Under the pieces are notes generated by a model. The model did no database searches. It saw only the letters and a program-made list of their open reading frames with translations, and was not told the DNA's origin. The translations under genes were made by a program, and so were the position numbers. A stretch of 63,020 nt of DNA, counting the filler, from Malassezia furfur (lineage: Eukaryota): NCBI GenBank assembly GCA_052055015.1. It is 2 parts of 2 records of this genome, joined end to end, with 100 filler letters (N's around TTAATTAATTAA, not from the genome) between each part and the next. Parts side by side here need not be neighbours in the genome. Positions count along the whole stretch, not along the records: positions 1 to 31,526 come from JBQJIT010000092.1; 1 more part is not named here. One strand, 5' to 3'. This document shows positions 1 to 10,247 of the stretch, in pieces. How positions within the stretch are numbered: the first letter of the stretch is position 1; each line of letters opens with the position of its first letter.

Positions 1-952
1 GGTCGTACCACTCAAAGTTGTTCGTCGCCCAGTAGTGCAGGTCGACCGCCTCCCAAAAGGGGTCCTCACCAGGGTAGAACGTGCGTCCGTTTGAGTTAAA
101 CTCGTCCGAGAACACCAGCTTGAACTCCTTGCCGTTGCCGTCCTCGTCAATGTTGGGCGTGTAGGTGCTCTGCAGCGTATAGGCATCAAACGGCGTGTCG
201 GGGTCGACGTACATGGCGTACTTTTGGTCGAAACCGGCGGGGCGCTTGGCCGTGAGGCGGTCCGTAGGCGCATTGGATGGCATAATCGGCAAGCGGTTGT
301 TCTTGAGGTTAGACAGCTCGGCAAGGCGGTCCTCTTGCTCCTGCCCCTCGGTGTAGTGATGCAGAATGGGGTATCCAGCAAAGAGCATTAGAAGCGCCAA
401 CGTCAGAAGAATAAGTGTGCCAACGTTGAGAAGCGCACGCTGAGGGGCACCGTGCGTATGCGTCATCTTGGTCGGGTCGTGGAGATCGTCGTCGGGCTCT
501 TTGACATCATTCATCGTCATCCAGGGGTAGGGGTTCTGTGGCGGCTGGTGCGAGCTGTCACTCTGAACATCGTAGCGCCGGTCATTCAGCGAGTGCGAGC
601 TGTATGTGCCATGCATGTCCTGCGCCGGCTCTTCCGAGTAGGCCGTCATGCCGCCCATCGACTGGCTCGGCTGGAACTTGCTCGTCTGCGACGCAAAGAG
701 CGGCTGCTGCTCCTGCGGAACATTGCCGCTGAGCACGTCGTTCCGTGCGAACGACGCGTTCTGGTACTGGCTCGATTCCTCCGCGTAGTTGTCCATAAAA
801 GAGCCATCTGCGCTCATCCGCGGGGAGAAGGCCGCCGTCTTGCTCGAATGGACCTGCGTGGGCGTCTGCTGCGCCAAGTCCCCTTCCCTGTTGATCATGA
901 TGGGAGGCGCAGGGCCCTCGTCCTTGCCAACGGGAGGCGCGATGTTGCTCAT
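1..952 (-). CDS. KRE6: Beta-glucan synthesis-associated protein KRE6/SKN1 family (GH16-like type II membrane protein); 3' part runs off the window
   Basis: Manual translation from ATG 952 gives MSNIAPPVG...EPDDDLHDP...TM LLNVGTLILLTLALLMLFAGYPIL...FKLVFSDEFNSNGRTFYPGEDPFWEAVDLHYWATNNFEWYD, all hallmark Kre6/Skn1 motifs. Absent from the ORF track because there is no stop in the window. Confidence 0.93.
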   Translation of the reverse strand, partial: MSNIAPPVGKDEGPAPPIMINREGDLAQQTPTQVHSSKTAAFSPRMSADGSFMDNYAEESSQYQNASFARNDVLSGNVPQEQQPLFASQTSKFQPSQSMGGMTAYSEEPAQDMHGTYSSHSLNDRRYDVQSDSSHQPPQNPYPWMTMNDVKEPDDDLHDPTKMTHTHGAPQRALLNVGTLILLTLALLMLFAGYPILHHYTEGQEQEDRLAELSNLKNNRLPIMPSNAPTDRLTAKRPAGFDQKYAMYVDPDTPFDAYTLQSTYTPNIDEDGNGKEFKLVFSDEFNSNGRTFYPGEDPFWEAVDLHYWATNNFEWYD

Positions 953-1169
953 CGTCGCGCACTCGGATCGATGGAAAAACGTGGGAGTGTGCCGCGCCGC
1001 GCACTCAAATGCGCGCCGGCTCCACGCGACGGCGCGGCCCTGCACGCTCGCCGTGCGCGCCGCGCCCCTGGAGGGGTGCGCCCTGCGCAGGGCTGCGGCA
1101 CGGCGTCCCTCATTGGCTCTCACAGCCGCAACGCAGACCCGGCGGCCTTGCTGACTCATCTACACAGCA

Positions 1170-2538
1170 TTACGTACGCCGCGTTTTCTTAGCCGCCCCT
1201 TTGCCCGATCGATCGGGCTTCCGTTTGGCCTGTGCGTCGTCGGTACGCGGCTGCACGCTGCAAGGTGAATGGAGCGCACGTACGTGAAAAAGCCATCCAG
1301 TCGCCCTTGCTGCTTCTGGCCCACGGCCTTGGCCAGCTTCTCACACCCGCGGCGGACACGTTCCTCACTAGAAATCAGCATAGTCACCATACGCACCTGA
1401 ACCCTTTGTCGCCGCACAGAAATTGGACCAGTTCCTCGGTCTTGGGCTGCTCCCACTTAAGCTCCACGCTCTTCCCATCGTTCACCTGGGGGTGGAGGAA
1501 GAGCTGTCGCGCTTCTTCGTAGGGCCAAAACTCAGGGACGTGGATGCCGCCCGCACGCTTCTTGGGCGCCGGCTCAGCCTCTTTGCCGCTGTCATCGGAA
1601 GCGTCCTCGGCCTTGCCTGTCTCCTCCTTGGGTTCCGTAGTCTTCTTCTTTTGCTCCTTCTCTTGTTCGACTTGATGGAGATGCTCCAAAACCCGGTCAA
1701 GTGACTCAAACTCCTGGATGAGCTTGAGTGCCTTTTTTGGTCCCACGCCCCGCACTGGGTCGAGGTAGTCACATCCGAGCAAGAGGCAGAGGTCCACGAA
1801 CTGCTCCATAGGCATATTGAGTCCTTCCAACGCTTTCTCGAGGTTTATCTCGGTCACAGGGAGCTTCTTCTGTTCGCTTGCTGTAAGGTTTTTGAGCAGA
1901 ATGGGCGTGCCGAAGGTGAGCGTATCCATGTCCTCCGACCCCGCGGCAAACACCTTGCCTGCCCGAGCAAGCTCGGCACATTGAGCCTCGGCTTCCGATG
2001 GTGCCACGATCCAGGGGATGCCCATGAGCGTCAGCAAGCGCTGCACCTCGGCATTGTGCTCACGCGTGGGCCGCACCTGACGCCGCGCTAGCTGGTCGAG
2101 TAGCTGGTTGTCGGCTGCGTAAGCATATGCACGAACCAATGTCCTTCTTTTCTTCCTCCTGTTCACGCGCCTCCTCACGCTTGCCGAAACGCTTGACGAG
2201 CTACATCAGGTCCGTAACACGTACCACCTCCTTCTTGAGATCCGGCGGCTTTCCGTCAAACACGTAGACCGGCTTAATCCCGTAGTCAACCATACGTAGT
2301 GTGCGGTAAAAGAACCCAAGTAGATGGCTCGTTACCTCGCCCGTATCCGACATCATTTGTTGCCCATCTGACTGGCGAACGGCAATGAGGAACTGGTACA
2401 GGCTCATCGACGCGTCGATAGCGACCTTGCGCCCAAAGAGCGTCTTGATATCAAACTGCTTGATACACGCTGGTGCTTCGTCGCTGAGCAGCGAGGTGAG
2501 ACCTGCATGAGAACGCTCCACGCACCTTTGATTCCCAT
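1170..2538 (-). CDS. FEN1: Flap endonuclease 1 (Rad27), 6 exons
   Basis: Spliced MGIK/GLTSLL..., [57 protein letters not shown] box QGRLDGFF. Introns 2503-2525, 2201-2224, 2115-2136 plus 29- and 26-nt introns near the 3' end. Confidence 0.97.
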
Positions 2539-2542
2539 CTCG

Positions 2543-2578
2543 ACGCGTCTGGAAACGAGCGCGTCGCGAATCCACGTG
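2543..2578. promoter_or_regulatory. Divergent FEN1/ATRIP-like promoter with MCB (ACGCGT 2543-2548) and E-box (CACGTG 2573-2578)
   Basis: Motifs seen directly in the 72-bp gap between two DNA replication/checkpoint genes. MCB boxes are established MBF targets in other fungi. Confidence 0.45.
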
Positions 2579-2610
2579 GGGAAGTGGAGGACGTCGACCA
2601 CGTCCGCACG

Positions 2611-5325
2611 ATGGACGCCGAGGGGGACGAGAGCTTCGATGATGACTGGTGGGACTCGTTGGCGATCGATCCAGTTACCGACACCCAGCTCCAGGCACTT
2701 GAAATCCAGGCGGGGGCGTCGGGGAGCGTCCACACCCCAGCATCTACCGCGCCGTCCGAACCTGCGTCGCTGCACGCGCAGTTGCAGGAACTGCGCGCGC
2801 TTCAGGCCAAACAACAAGAGCTCATTGATACCCTCACGCGACAGACGCAACAGCAAAAGGGCGAAATTGCAGTAGTGCGCGCCAACTGGAAACGCGCACA
2901 GGAGCAAAACTCGGGCCTCCAGCAGAAGCAGACCCAGCTCGAGTCCGAGTACCGTGAGCGCTTTGAGCGTATTCAGCAAGAGAATCGGCGCCAGATTGAA
3001 AAACTAGAGACGGCTGCAGCATTTCGTGTATGTGTATCCTCTCACAGCAGCGCATTGAACAGGACACGAATCGCACGGCATGGCCGTCCTCCTTGCGCCG
3101 TCGTGCGCCGGTGATGATCACCGACACGAGCGCTACCAAACGCACGCCAGGATTCGCGACCCTCAGCACGCCAACGCACAGCCGGATTATGCATCACAGT
3201 CACTCACCTGGTGCGTCGCCTACGCCCATCTCGCCCTTGTCTCTCACGCGACGAAAGCGCTCGCTGCCCGACGAGCCGACCAGTCCGTCGCGCACGCGGA
3301 GCGCCAAGACGCCTTTGGTGTCTACGAAAAAAGGTGGGTGTTGAGCTCTGATCCAGAATTTCCCCGCTTTGTCAACTCGTTCCTACAGCCTGGACTCTCC
3401 CCGAGTCTGGCAACCCCCGCTGCGTCGCGTGCGGCCAAGTCGCCGCCCCATACCCCGCCCGAGGCCGAGCGCGGCAGCTCGCCGGTCACGCCGTCGCCTG
3501 ACCTGGGTCCCGTGCGCATGCATGAGCAGATGGATGCACCCGACGCATCGACACTCGTGCTCACGTCGCTATTCTGCTACCGCACGCGTTGGGCGACACA
3601 AGTCATGTGCCAGCCGTTTTTGACCTTGCCGCCGCCTGCAACAGTCCCCGGCACGCAGTACTTCCCCTTGGGCCCTGGACTGCACGCGTGGTGTGCTGCG
3701 CTCGATCCGGATGCAGAGAAGGAGAGCAAGGCGGAGGACGCACCGTCGATACCCATGTTGCTGCACCTCCTGACCATGCAGCTGCCCAGCGCAGTGCCTG
3801 AGCCCCTGCGGCGGCGGTTCTCCCATGCAACTGAGGTGCTGTGGGACTCGGTGACAAAGAGCAGTTCCTACAACGTGTTCCTTGCGGAGTGTGGGCACGT
3901 GGTGGACGATGCGTTGCGCGAGCACAGTGCGTATACCCCTGCATCAATCGATGCGGCCGTTGAGCGGGTATGGGAGCTGCAGGCCGGCCCGCTCTTTGGC
4001 ACTGTCGCCGCGGCCTTGCGTGTGCTCACTGGCGTGTTTCTACGGCTCAACTTGGTAGGTACTGAGGGCTGACACAGACCCACTATGTCGCAGTCATGCT
4101 CGATTGGATGGCGGCGCTGGGCATTTCGCAGCCGGGATTTGTGCCGTTCCTTTTGAAAAAAGTGCAGTACCTTGACTGGGCCGAACCAGATACCCCCCCA
4201 GCGCCCGAGCACAGCATGGTGCCGAGCAGCCAGGACGATAAGGAGCTCTTGCCGTCGTCCCAAGAGAACCAGGAACCGAGCAAGCCGGACGCATCGGTGC
4301 CTGCGACACCCACCAACCTAATCAGAATGTGGATCGAGTGTGTGCGCAAATGCCACGCCGTGCTATTGAGCGTGTCGTCACCCGACGCCCAGCCGGAGGT
4401 TGATGCCCAAGGCGAGCCGGTGTGGGACATGGGCCCGGCTGCGCGGATGAGCTTGCTGGGCGCCGTGGTGCGCTGTGCGCGTGTGCTCGCTTGGACCATG
4501 GGGCAGGCAGGTCTGGTCGAGCTGCAGCCGTTCTTCCAGCAGCCCGGTGTGCTGCTCACGCTGCTCGACGTGCAGACCAGCTCCCATGATGTCTTGCTCC
4601 AATCGGTTGACCTGCTCTCGCTGCTCATTCCGGATGCACTGACACTACACATGGCTCTCGCGAGTCCATACGACCATGCGCTGCAGCCGCGCGTGCCGGC
4701 ACGCCTACTGCAGGTGCGCTTCCCTGTGGTGGACATCCTGGCCAAGCATTTGGTCGATCGGCGCGGTGATACATCGGCAGCATACGTGCAAAAATTGCAC
4801 ACGGCTACGCTGCTGTTCATGTCGAGTGCTGCGCGACACGGGGACACGGCGGTAATCTTGAGTGAGTCGGTGCCGCTGTTGCCGGCGCTGATCCAATGTC
4901 TCTCGTGGGACACCGAAGAGGTCTGGGGCGGAGCGATGGCCGGCGACCGGACCGAGCAGTACGTTGACCACTAACACAGTGCACTCGCACGCGTCTGCAT
5001 GACCACCCGCCTGTTGCACCAGCTGTATGCGCCCGAAACGAGCCTGGGCCGGGGCCTGGCCGAGAAGTTGCTTTCCACCCAGGCCCAAGCCATTCTGAAT
5101 GGGATTCGGCACGCCTTTGTGGTATCAATGGGACGCATTGCATTTGCCCAGGCACCCAGCTGGCTCGCCGGTGACGGAGAAGCAGAGCACGTCCAGGAGC
5201 GCAGTCGGATGCGGTCGCAGCTCGAGAATGCCGCTATGCTGGCCGGAGACCTTATCGACCTCGTTCTCTCACCGAGCGAAACGGACGAGATTTACGAGCT
5301 GCTCGCGAGCAATTCGGCTTCGTAG
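2611..5325 (+). CDS. Probable ATRIP/Rad26/Ddc2-like DNA damage checkpoint protein, 5 exons
   Basis: Acidic N-terminus ([10 protein letters not shown]), coiled coil with QKGEIAVVR, then a helical-repeat C-terminus. Introns 3028-3050, 3334-3356, 4055-4077 and 4959-4979 join ORF-track segments into one frame. Confidence 0.65.
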
Positions 5326-6762
5326 CTACAAACCCGGGTATACCTGTTCTATCGGTTGGTGTGCCCAAGCGCGCGGTTCTGCACCCTGTGAAAAGGCGCC
5401 AGCCGTCTGCGCCCCGCTGCCGGTGCTGCGCAGGACATACTTGTATGTGACCAGCCCGTCGAGACCCACGGGTCCGCGCGCATGCGTACGCCCGGTACTG
5501 ATCCCGACCTCGGTGCCGAATCCGTAGCGGAAGCCATCCGCAAAGCGCGACGATGCGTTCACAAACACACTCGACGACGACAGCGAACGCGTAAAGATGT
5601 CGGCTGCGGTCTGGCCGGGTGGGTTCGTGCTCTTTTCGGGCAGCGGCGCGGTGAGGATCACATCCGTGTGGCCGGATCCGTGCGCGTTGATGTGGTCCAC
5701 GGCTTCCTCCACGCTGTCCACCACGCGCACGGCCAGGTCCAAGTCGAGAAACTCCGTGTCAAAGTCTTCCGGCTGGGCTGCCTCAATGAGCCCGGCCCAC
5801 TCGACATTTTGGCGTAGGGGCTCAAGCGCCTCGAGTGACTCCGGATCGCAGTGCAGACGTACGTTGGCGCGCAAGAGCGCCTCGGCAAGCGCGAGCCACA
5901 GGCCCGAGGACAGCTGCCTGCGGTGCACCAGGAGCGTCTCGAGAGCATTGCACGCCGAGGGGTAGTCGAGCTTGCTGTCTAGCACGGTTCCAATCGTAAG
6001 CGTAGGTTCGGCATCCTCGTGGATATACGTGGCACACAGACCGTCGGCATGACCCATGACCGGCATGCGGGCCTCGCGCTGGATACTTTTGACGAGCGCA
6101 TTGGACCCGCGAGGAATGACCAGGTCGATGTAACGCTCCTCGTGCAAAAGCGCCTGGATCTCGTCGCGTGTCTCCACGGTTTGCACGATATGTTCCGGAA
6201 GCTCGCTTCGTGCGAGTGCCCGGGCGATGCAGCGAGCCAGGACCGCTGCAGAGTGCTTCGACTCCTTGCCACCCTTCAGAATAGCGGCGTTGCCAGACTT
6301 GATCGCCAGGCTCGCAATATTTACAATCACTTCGGGGCGCGCTTCAAAGATACACAGCAGCACACCAATCGGGCACGTCACACGGTAGAGGTCGAGCGCG
6401 CCAGAAGAACCGTGCGGGGCAGCCAGGCGGTTCGCTGAGGTGCAGACGTCCAGGGGCGAGGGCAGTTTGGCGACGTCAGAGACGCCTTGCAGCATCGACT
6501 CCCACTTTCCTTTCTTAGCGAACAAGTCCAAACGCGAGACAAGCTGCTTGGACAGCTTGCCCTGCTCGACAAGCGCATTGGCCTCTGCAACGTCAAGTTC
6601 GTTGGCGGCGCGAATTTCGTCTCGCGAGGCCTCAAGTTCGATGCGGATTTCTTCAAGCGCTTTGACACGAGCAGCATCGGCAGCTTCCGAGCCACGCCCG
6701 GAGAGTAGCTTCTGTGCGTCATCAAACGCCCGCCGCGCTTGGCAGGCAATCTGGGTGGCCAT
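5326..6762 (-). CDS. PRO2: Gamma-glutamyl phosphate reductase
   Basis: CPIGVLLCIFEARP, KSGNAAILKGGKES, IDLVIPRGS, YPSACNALETLL, NASSRFADGFRYGFGTEVGIST, HARGPVGL. Likely start MATQIA at 6762. Confidence 0.96.
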   Translation of the reverse strand: MATQIACQARRAFDDAQKLLSGRGSEAADAARVKALEEIRIELEASRDEIRAANELDVAEANALVEQGKLSKQLVSRLDLFAKKGKWESMLQGVSDVAKLPSPLDVCTSANRLAAPHGSSGALDLYRVTCPIGVLLCIFEARPEVIVNIASLAIKSGNAAILKGGKESKHSAAVLARCIARALARSELPEHIVQTVETRDEIQALLHEERYIDLVIPRGSNALVKSIQREARMPVMGHADGLCATYIHEDAEPTLTIGTVLDSKLDYPSACNALETLLVHRRQLSSGLWLALAEALLRANVRLHCDPESLEALEPLRQNVEWAGLIEAAQPEDFDTEFLDLDLAVRVVDSVEEAVDHINAHGSGHTDVILTAPLPEKSTNPPGQTAADIFTRSLSSSSVFVNASSRFADGFRYGFGTEVGISTGRTHARGPVGLDGLVTYKYVLRSTGSGAQTAGAFSQGAEPRAWAHQPIEQVYPGL

Positions 6763-6813
6763 CGTCTTCCAAGAAGCTCGGCCGAGGTGTCGAACGTCGC
6801 ACTCCCTTGTGGG

Positions 6814-6820
6814 TGACTCA
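6814..6820. promoter_or_regulatory. Gcn4/CpcA-type site TGACTCA upstream of PRO2
   Basis: Perfect consensus about 50 bp upstream of an amino-acid biosynthesis gene. Confidence 0.45.
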
Positions 6821-7252
6821 CGACAGCTGTCGTAGCGGTCCCAGTGATATACTGCGGGGGAAAGAGCCCACCACTTGTCTTTATATCCTTCGAAAACCTG
6901 CGCAACAGATGTAGGCACCTAAAACGCGTAACGATCTGCTATAGACGGTTCAGCTTGACCCGATCGTTGGCCGCTTGTCTATTATATGTCACCGTTGACT
7001 TGGTCACATAACTACCCAATACTCATTACATTTGATCGGCCGTGCCTGCCTTCCCAGAGACTCGACGCGTGGGTTCGGCTGGCCAGCAGCTTGACCCGAT
7101 TCAATGCTCATTTGGGGCGATGAGATTATTCCATGCGCGCGCCAGCGCACGTGGCTATGTATAAGATCGGTACCAATTGGCGTGATTAACGCACAGCACA
7201 GTGCGTGCAGCGCGAAGACTAACTGGCTCGAGCGTACGTGCCTACTACGTCG

Positions 7253-8637
7253 ATGCCCAAGAAGAGCAAGAAGTCAGGGAAAAAGAATGTTGCCAAGCGC
7301 ACGGCTGCATCTGCTCAGCATCACAAACAGGCAGAAAGTGCCATGAGCGCTGTAGCGCCCGACCGACTCCGCGCAGTAGCCAGTCGGTGGGGTACAATTG
7401 TGTCTCTGCTGATTATTGCGGTGCTGGCCGGGCTATACTGGTCGACAAATCCGGAGAACTGTCATTCGTTGTCTCGCTATGAGCCGATGTGGACATTCTT
7501 GAGCAAGTACGGGATTGTGCAACGTCCGACAGAGGCCACGATGGCGCATGTCTGCTCGCGTGTGCACAGTGCGACGCATGCGTGCCTCTTCCTGTCGGGT
7601 GGCACTGACAGTGCAACCAACAAAGTCCACAACGGCTTCACCAGTGCTTGGAACTGGGCTGGACATTTCTTCGGCAAAACCAGTGCGTCGGATGTGACCT
7701 ACGCACCGTCAGTGCTGTACAAGCGCGATCCGCGCGACGTGCTCTTCGCTGTGACGTGGGGTGTTGCGCTACTTGCCCTTCGTGGAGTTTTGATGTCGAC
7801 TCTGCTTTTGCCTGTCGCACGCCGCCTTGTGAAACGGCCTCCGCCAGAGAAATGGGTGCAAGCAGGGCACCAGCGCAAGTATTATCGCAGCATTGATCGG
7901 TTTGCCGAGCAATTCTGGATTTGTATTTTGTATGCCACGTCGCTCGCACTTGTGGTGGTATGTTTTTTTTTTTTTGTTAACCAAGGCGGTATCACGGCGC
8001 CAGCCGTTCTGGTTCTGGAATCCCGAACAGCTTTGGGTTGGGTATCCCCACACGACGATGGACGGATTGACCAAGGCCGTGTATCTGTGGGAGGCCTCCA
8101 ACTACATCCACCAGCTGTTCGTCATTAACATCGAAGCGCGCCGTTCCGATTATCTTCAGATGACCGTGCACCACATTGTCACAATGCTTTTGATCGGTGG
8201 TTCGTACGCGTGCTGTTTCTGGCGGATCGGTTTGGTGATTCTGCTGTTGATGGACCCAAGCGACGTTCTCCTGGCTGTATGTATCCCCGAATCTAACCAA
8301 GCTTGCCAAAATGCTGAAGTACATGGGCTGGCAGACCACCTGCGATGCCATGTTCGGCGCCTTCATGATTTCGTGGACCATTACGCGGCACATTTGCTAC
8401 ATGTTCGTCATGATGACATGCATCTACGATGCGCCCCGTCTGATCCCCTATCGCTCCCCAGTGGACCTGCGGGCCGGCTACGCATTTACACCGGCCCTCT
8501 ACGTCATGTTCATCTCGCTGCTTGCCGTCCTGCAAAGCATCTTGTTGGTCTGGTTCGGCATGATCCTCAAAGTGACTTACCGCGTCTTGACCAACGCGGG
8601 CGCCATCGACTCGCGCAGCGACGATGATTCGGATTAA
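7253..8637 (+). CDS. LAG1: Ceramide synthase, LAG1/LAC1 (TLC domain) family, 3 exons
   Basis: RFAEQFW, Lag1 motif RRSDYLQMTVHHIVT...LMDPSDVLL/AKMLKY, C-terminal DSRSDDDSD. Introns 7958-7985 and 8277-8301. Confidence 0.92.
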
Positions 8638-8784
8638 TTCTTGTCACAAAATCAATTTCAATTTTTCCTGCAAGCCGTCTAGCGGTCAACACGCAGTGCT
8701 ACATATAGTCATAAGGGGAAGAAATGTTACAAGAAACAAAAACAAAAAGGATATAGGGTCGGCATGCCAGCATGCGGTACCCTT

Positions 8785-9483
8785 TCATTCAACAAACGAC
8801 CACTTCATATCATTCAGGCGGCCTTTGGACGTGGCCGCGAGCTTCTTAAACGCAGTTGGCGAAAAGTCGAGATCCGTCTCCTTGCATCCAGTGCACCGGT
8901 CCACGATCGTGACTGTCGTCGACTTGCCTTGATAGGTAGCCTTGATCTTCTTGCCGCAAAGCTCGTTGTCATTGGGGTTGCCATTAGAGTACTTGTCAAA
9001 GAGCTCGTGCGACACCGCAACAATCAAATCCGACGAGCTGCTCGACTTACCACAAGCGCCCAAGCCGGGCGTGTAGTAGGTAGCCTGGCCCGTGTACGAG
9101 TGACCATTGCCCGAGCCGCTTCCACTGCTCGCAGTCGAGCTGGCACTCGAGCTGGCACTCGAGCTCGACGAGCCATCATCGTCACCGTGCGGCTCCCAGA
9201 AGGCCCGCTTGGCAACCTTGGGGTGCTTCAGAAACTCTTCAAACGAAACGGGTTCGCGCCTCTCGCGCTGTGCCTTGGCAACAAACTCATTGTACATCTC
9301 ACGCAGCTGAGCATCGTTCGCGACTTCACGTGCACGCATCTGACGACCAGCGTCAGCGCGGCGGTGGACGCGCATGCCCTGGAGTGGCCCATGCGCGTGC
9401 GAGTCGGACGCCGAAGCAGTTGCAGCCGAGGTCGCAAGGATGACAGCAATGAAGAGCAAGGCGACTTTGCGGAAGGAGGACAT
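8785..9483 (-). CDS. Secreted expansin-like/loosenin RlpA double-psi beta-barrel protein
   Basis: Signal peptide MSSFRKVALLFIAVILATSAATASA, pro-region ending AKR, Ser/Gly linker, then GQATYYTPGLGACG...CGKKI...VTIVDRCTGC...DLDFSPTAFKKLA. Confidence 0.88.
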   Translation of the reverse strand: MSSFRKVALLFIAVILATSAATASASDSHAHGPLQGMRVHRRADAGRQMRAREVANDAQLREMYNEFVAKAQRERREPVSFEEFLKHPKVAKRAFWEPHGDDDGSSSSSASSSASSTASSGSGSGNGHSYTGQATYYTPGLGACGKSSSSSDLIVAVSHELFDKYSNGNPNDNELCGKKIKATYQGKSTTVTIVDRCTGCKETDLDFSPTAFKKLAATSKGRLNDMKWSFVE

Positions 9484-10247
9484 TTCGATGGAGACGGCTA
9501 GACGGCCAGCGTAAGGTGCCAGCCATGCTGACAGCCCGACTTTTATGTGCCGTCTCCACTCCCGCTTCCCCGCACCTGGGCAGTGCGAGCCTCTGCGAGG
9601 GGGGTTTTGCCCCGATCCACCCCTGCAGCTGAGCACGTGGCGATGAGGCGGTGGACGCCAAGAAGCGTGGCTTTCGGCGCGGACGCTGGTCATAAGTGGT
9701 CCGTGCTGTACGCCATTTCCTTGCTGGGAACTCGGATAACATCGTAAACGCCTCGTTTGGTAAAATTCCCATGCACACCGGGTTTCGCGGCAGTACCCTC
9801 GAACCCGATCTGGCCTATACTAGGTGTCAAGATCGAGACTCTATGCAAGCGCTCGAATCGGGTGTCAGGATTCCCAGGGTGGTCCATGCGCACTGCCTTT
9901 CCCCTCACTACTGGTATGTGGCTATGACAGTACAGCCTGAGTGTAGCCGATGCGATACGAGATCCGGCCGTATTCATACCTTGCAGCGAAGGCACCTCCA
10001 CAACAATGGACTTTTCCAACCCCGCATCAACGAATACACAAGACCCATTAGTACCAAGATGCAATCAACAAGAAAAATTCACACCGGACCACGAGGGCAA
10101 ATGAGACCATAACGTACAAGAAAAAACAAAAAAGCAATGATCTACTCAAGTACGAAGAAAGAAGAAAATGTCTGTACAAGCAATTGTCTATACGGGTTGG
10201 CCGAGGCTGAAGCCATGAGGCTTGGGAAGCTCATGCGATAAAGATGT

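Noticed and set aside
6763..6918. N-terminal extension of PRO2 in the ORF track
   Set aside because: It starts at GTG, is not presequence-like (acidic and aromatic) and overlaps the probable promoter containing TGACTCA.
7963..7975. Poly-T run as a frameshift error or Pol III terminator in LAG1
   Set aside because: It lies inside a 28-nt GT-AG intron (7958-7985) whose removal restores the frame.
9484..10247. Short ORFs in the spacer between the expansin-like and KEP genes
   Set aside because: They lack the coding codon bias and have no motifs; the region is better explained as 3' UTR plus promoter.
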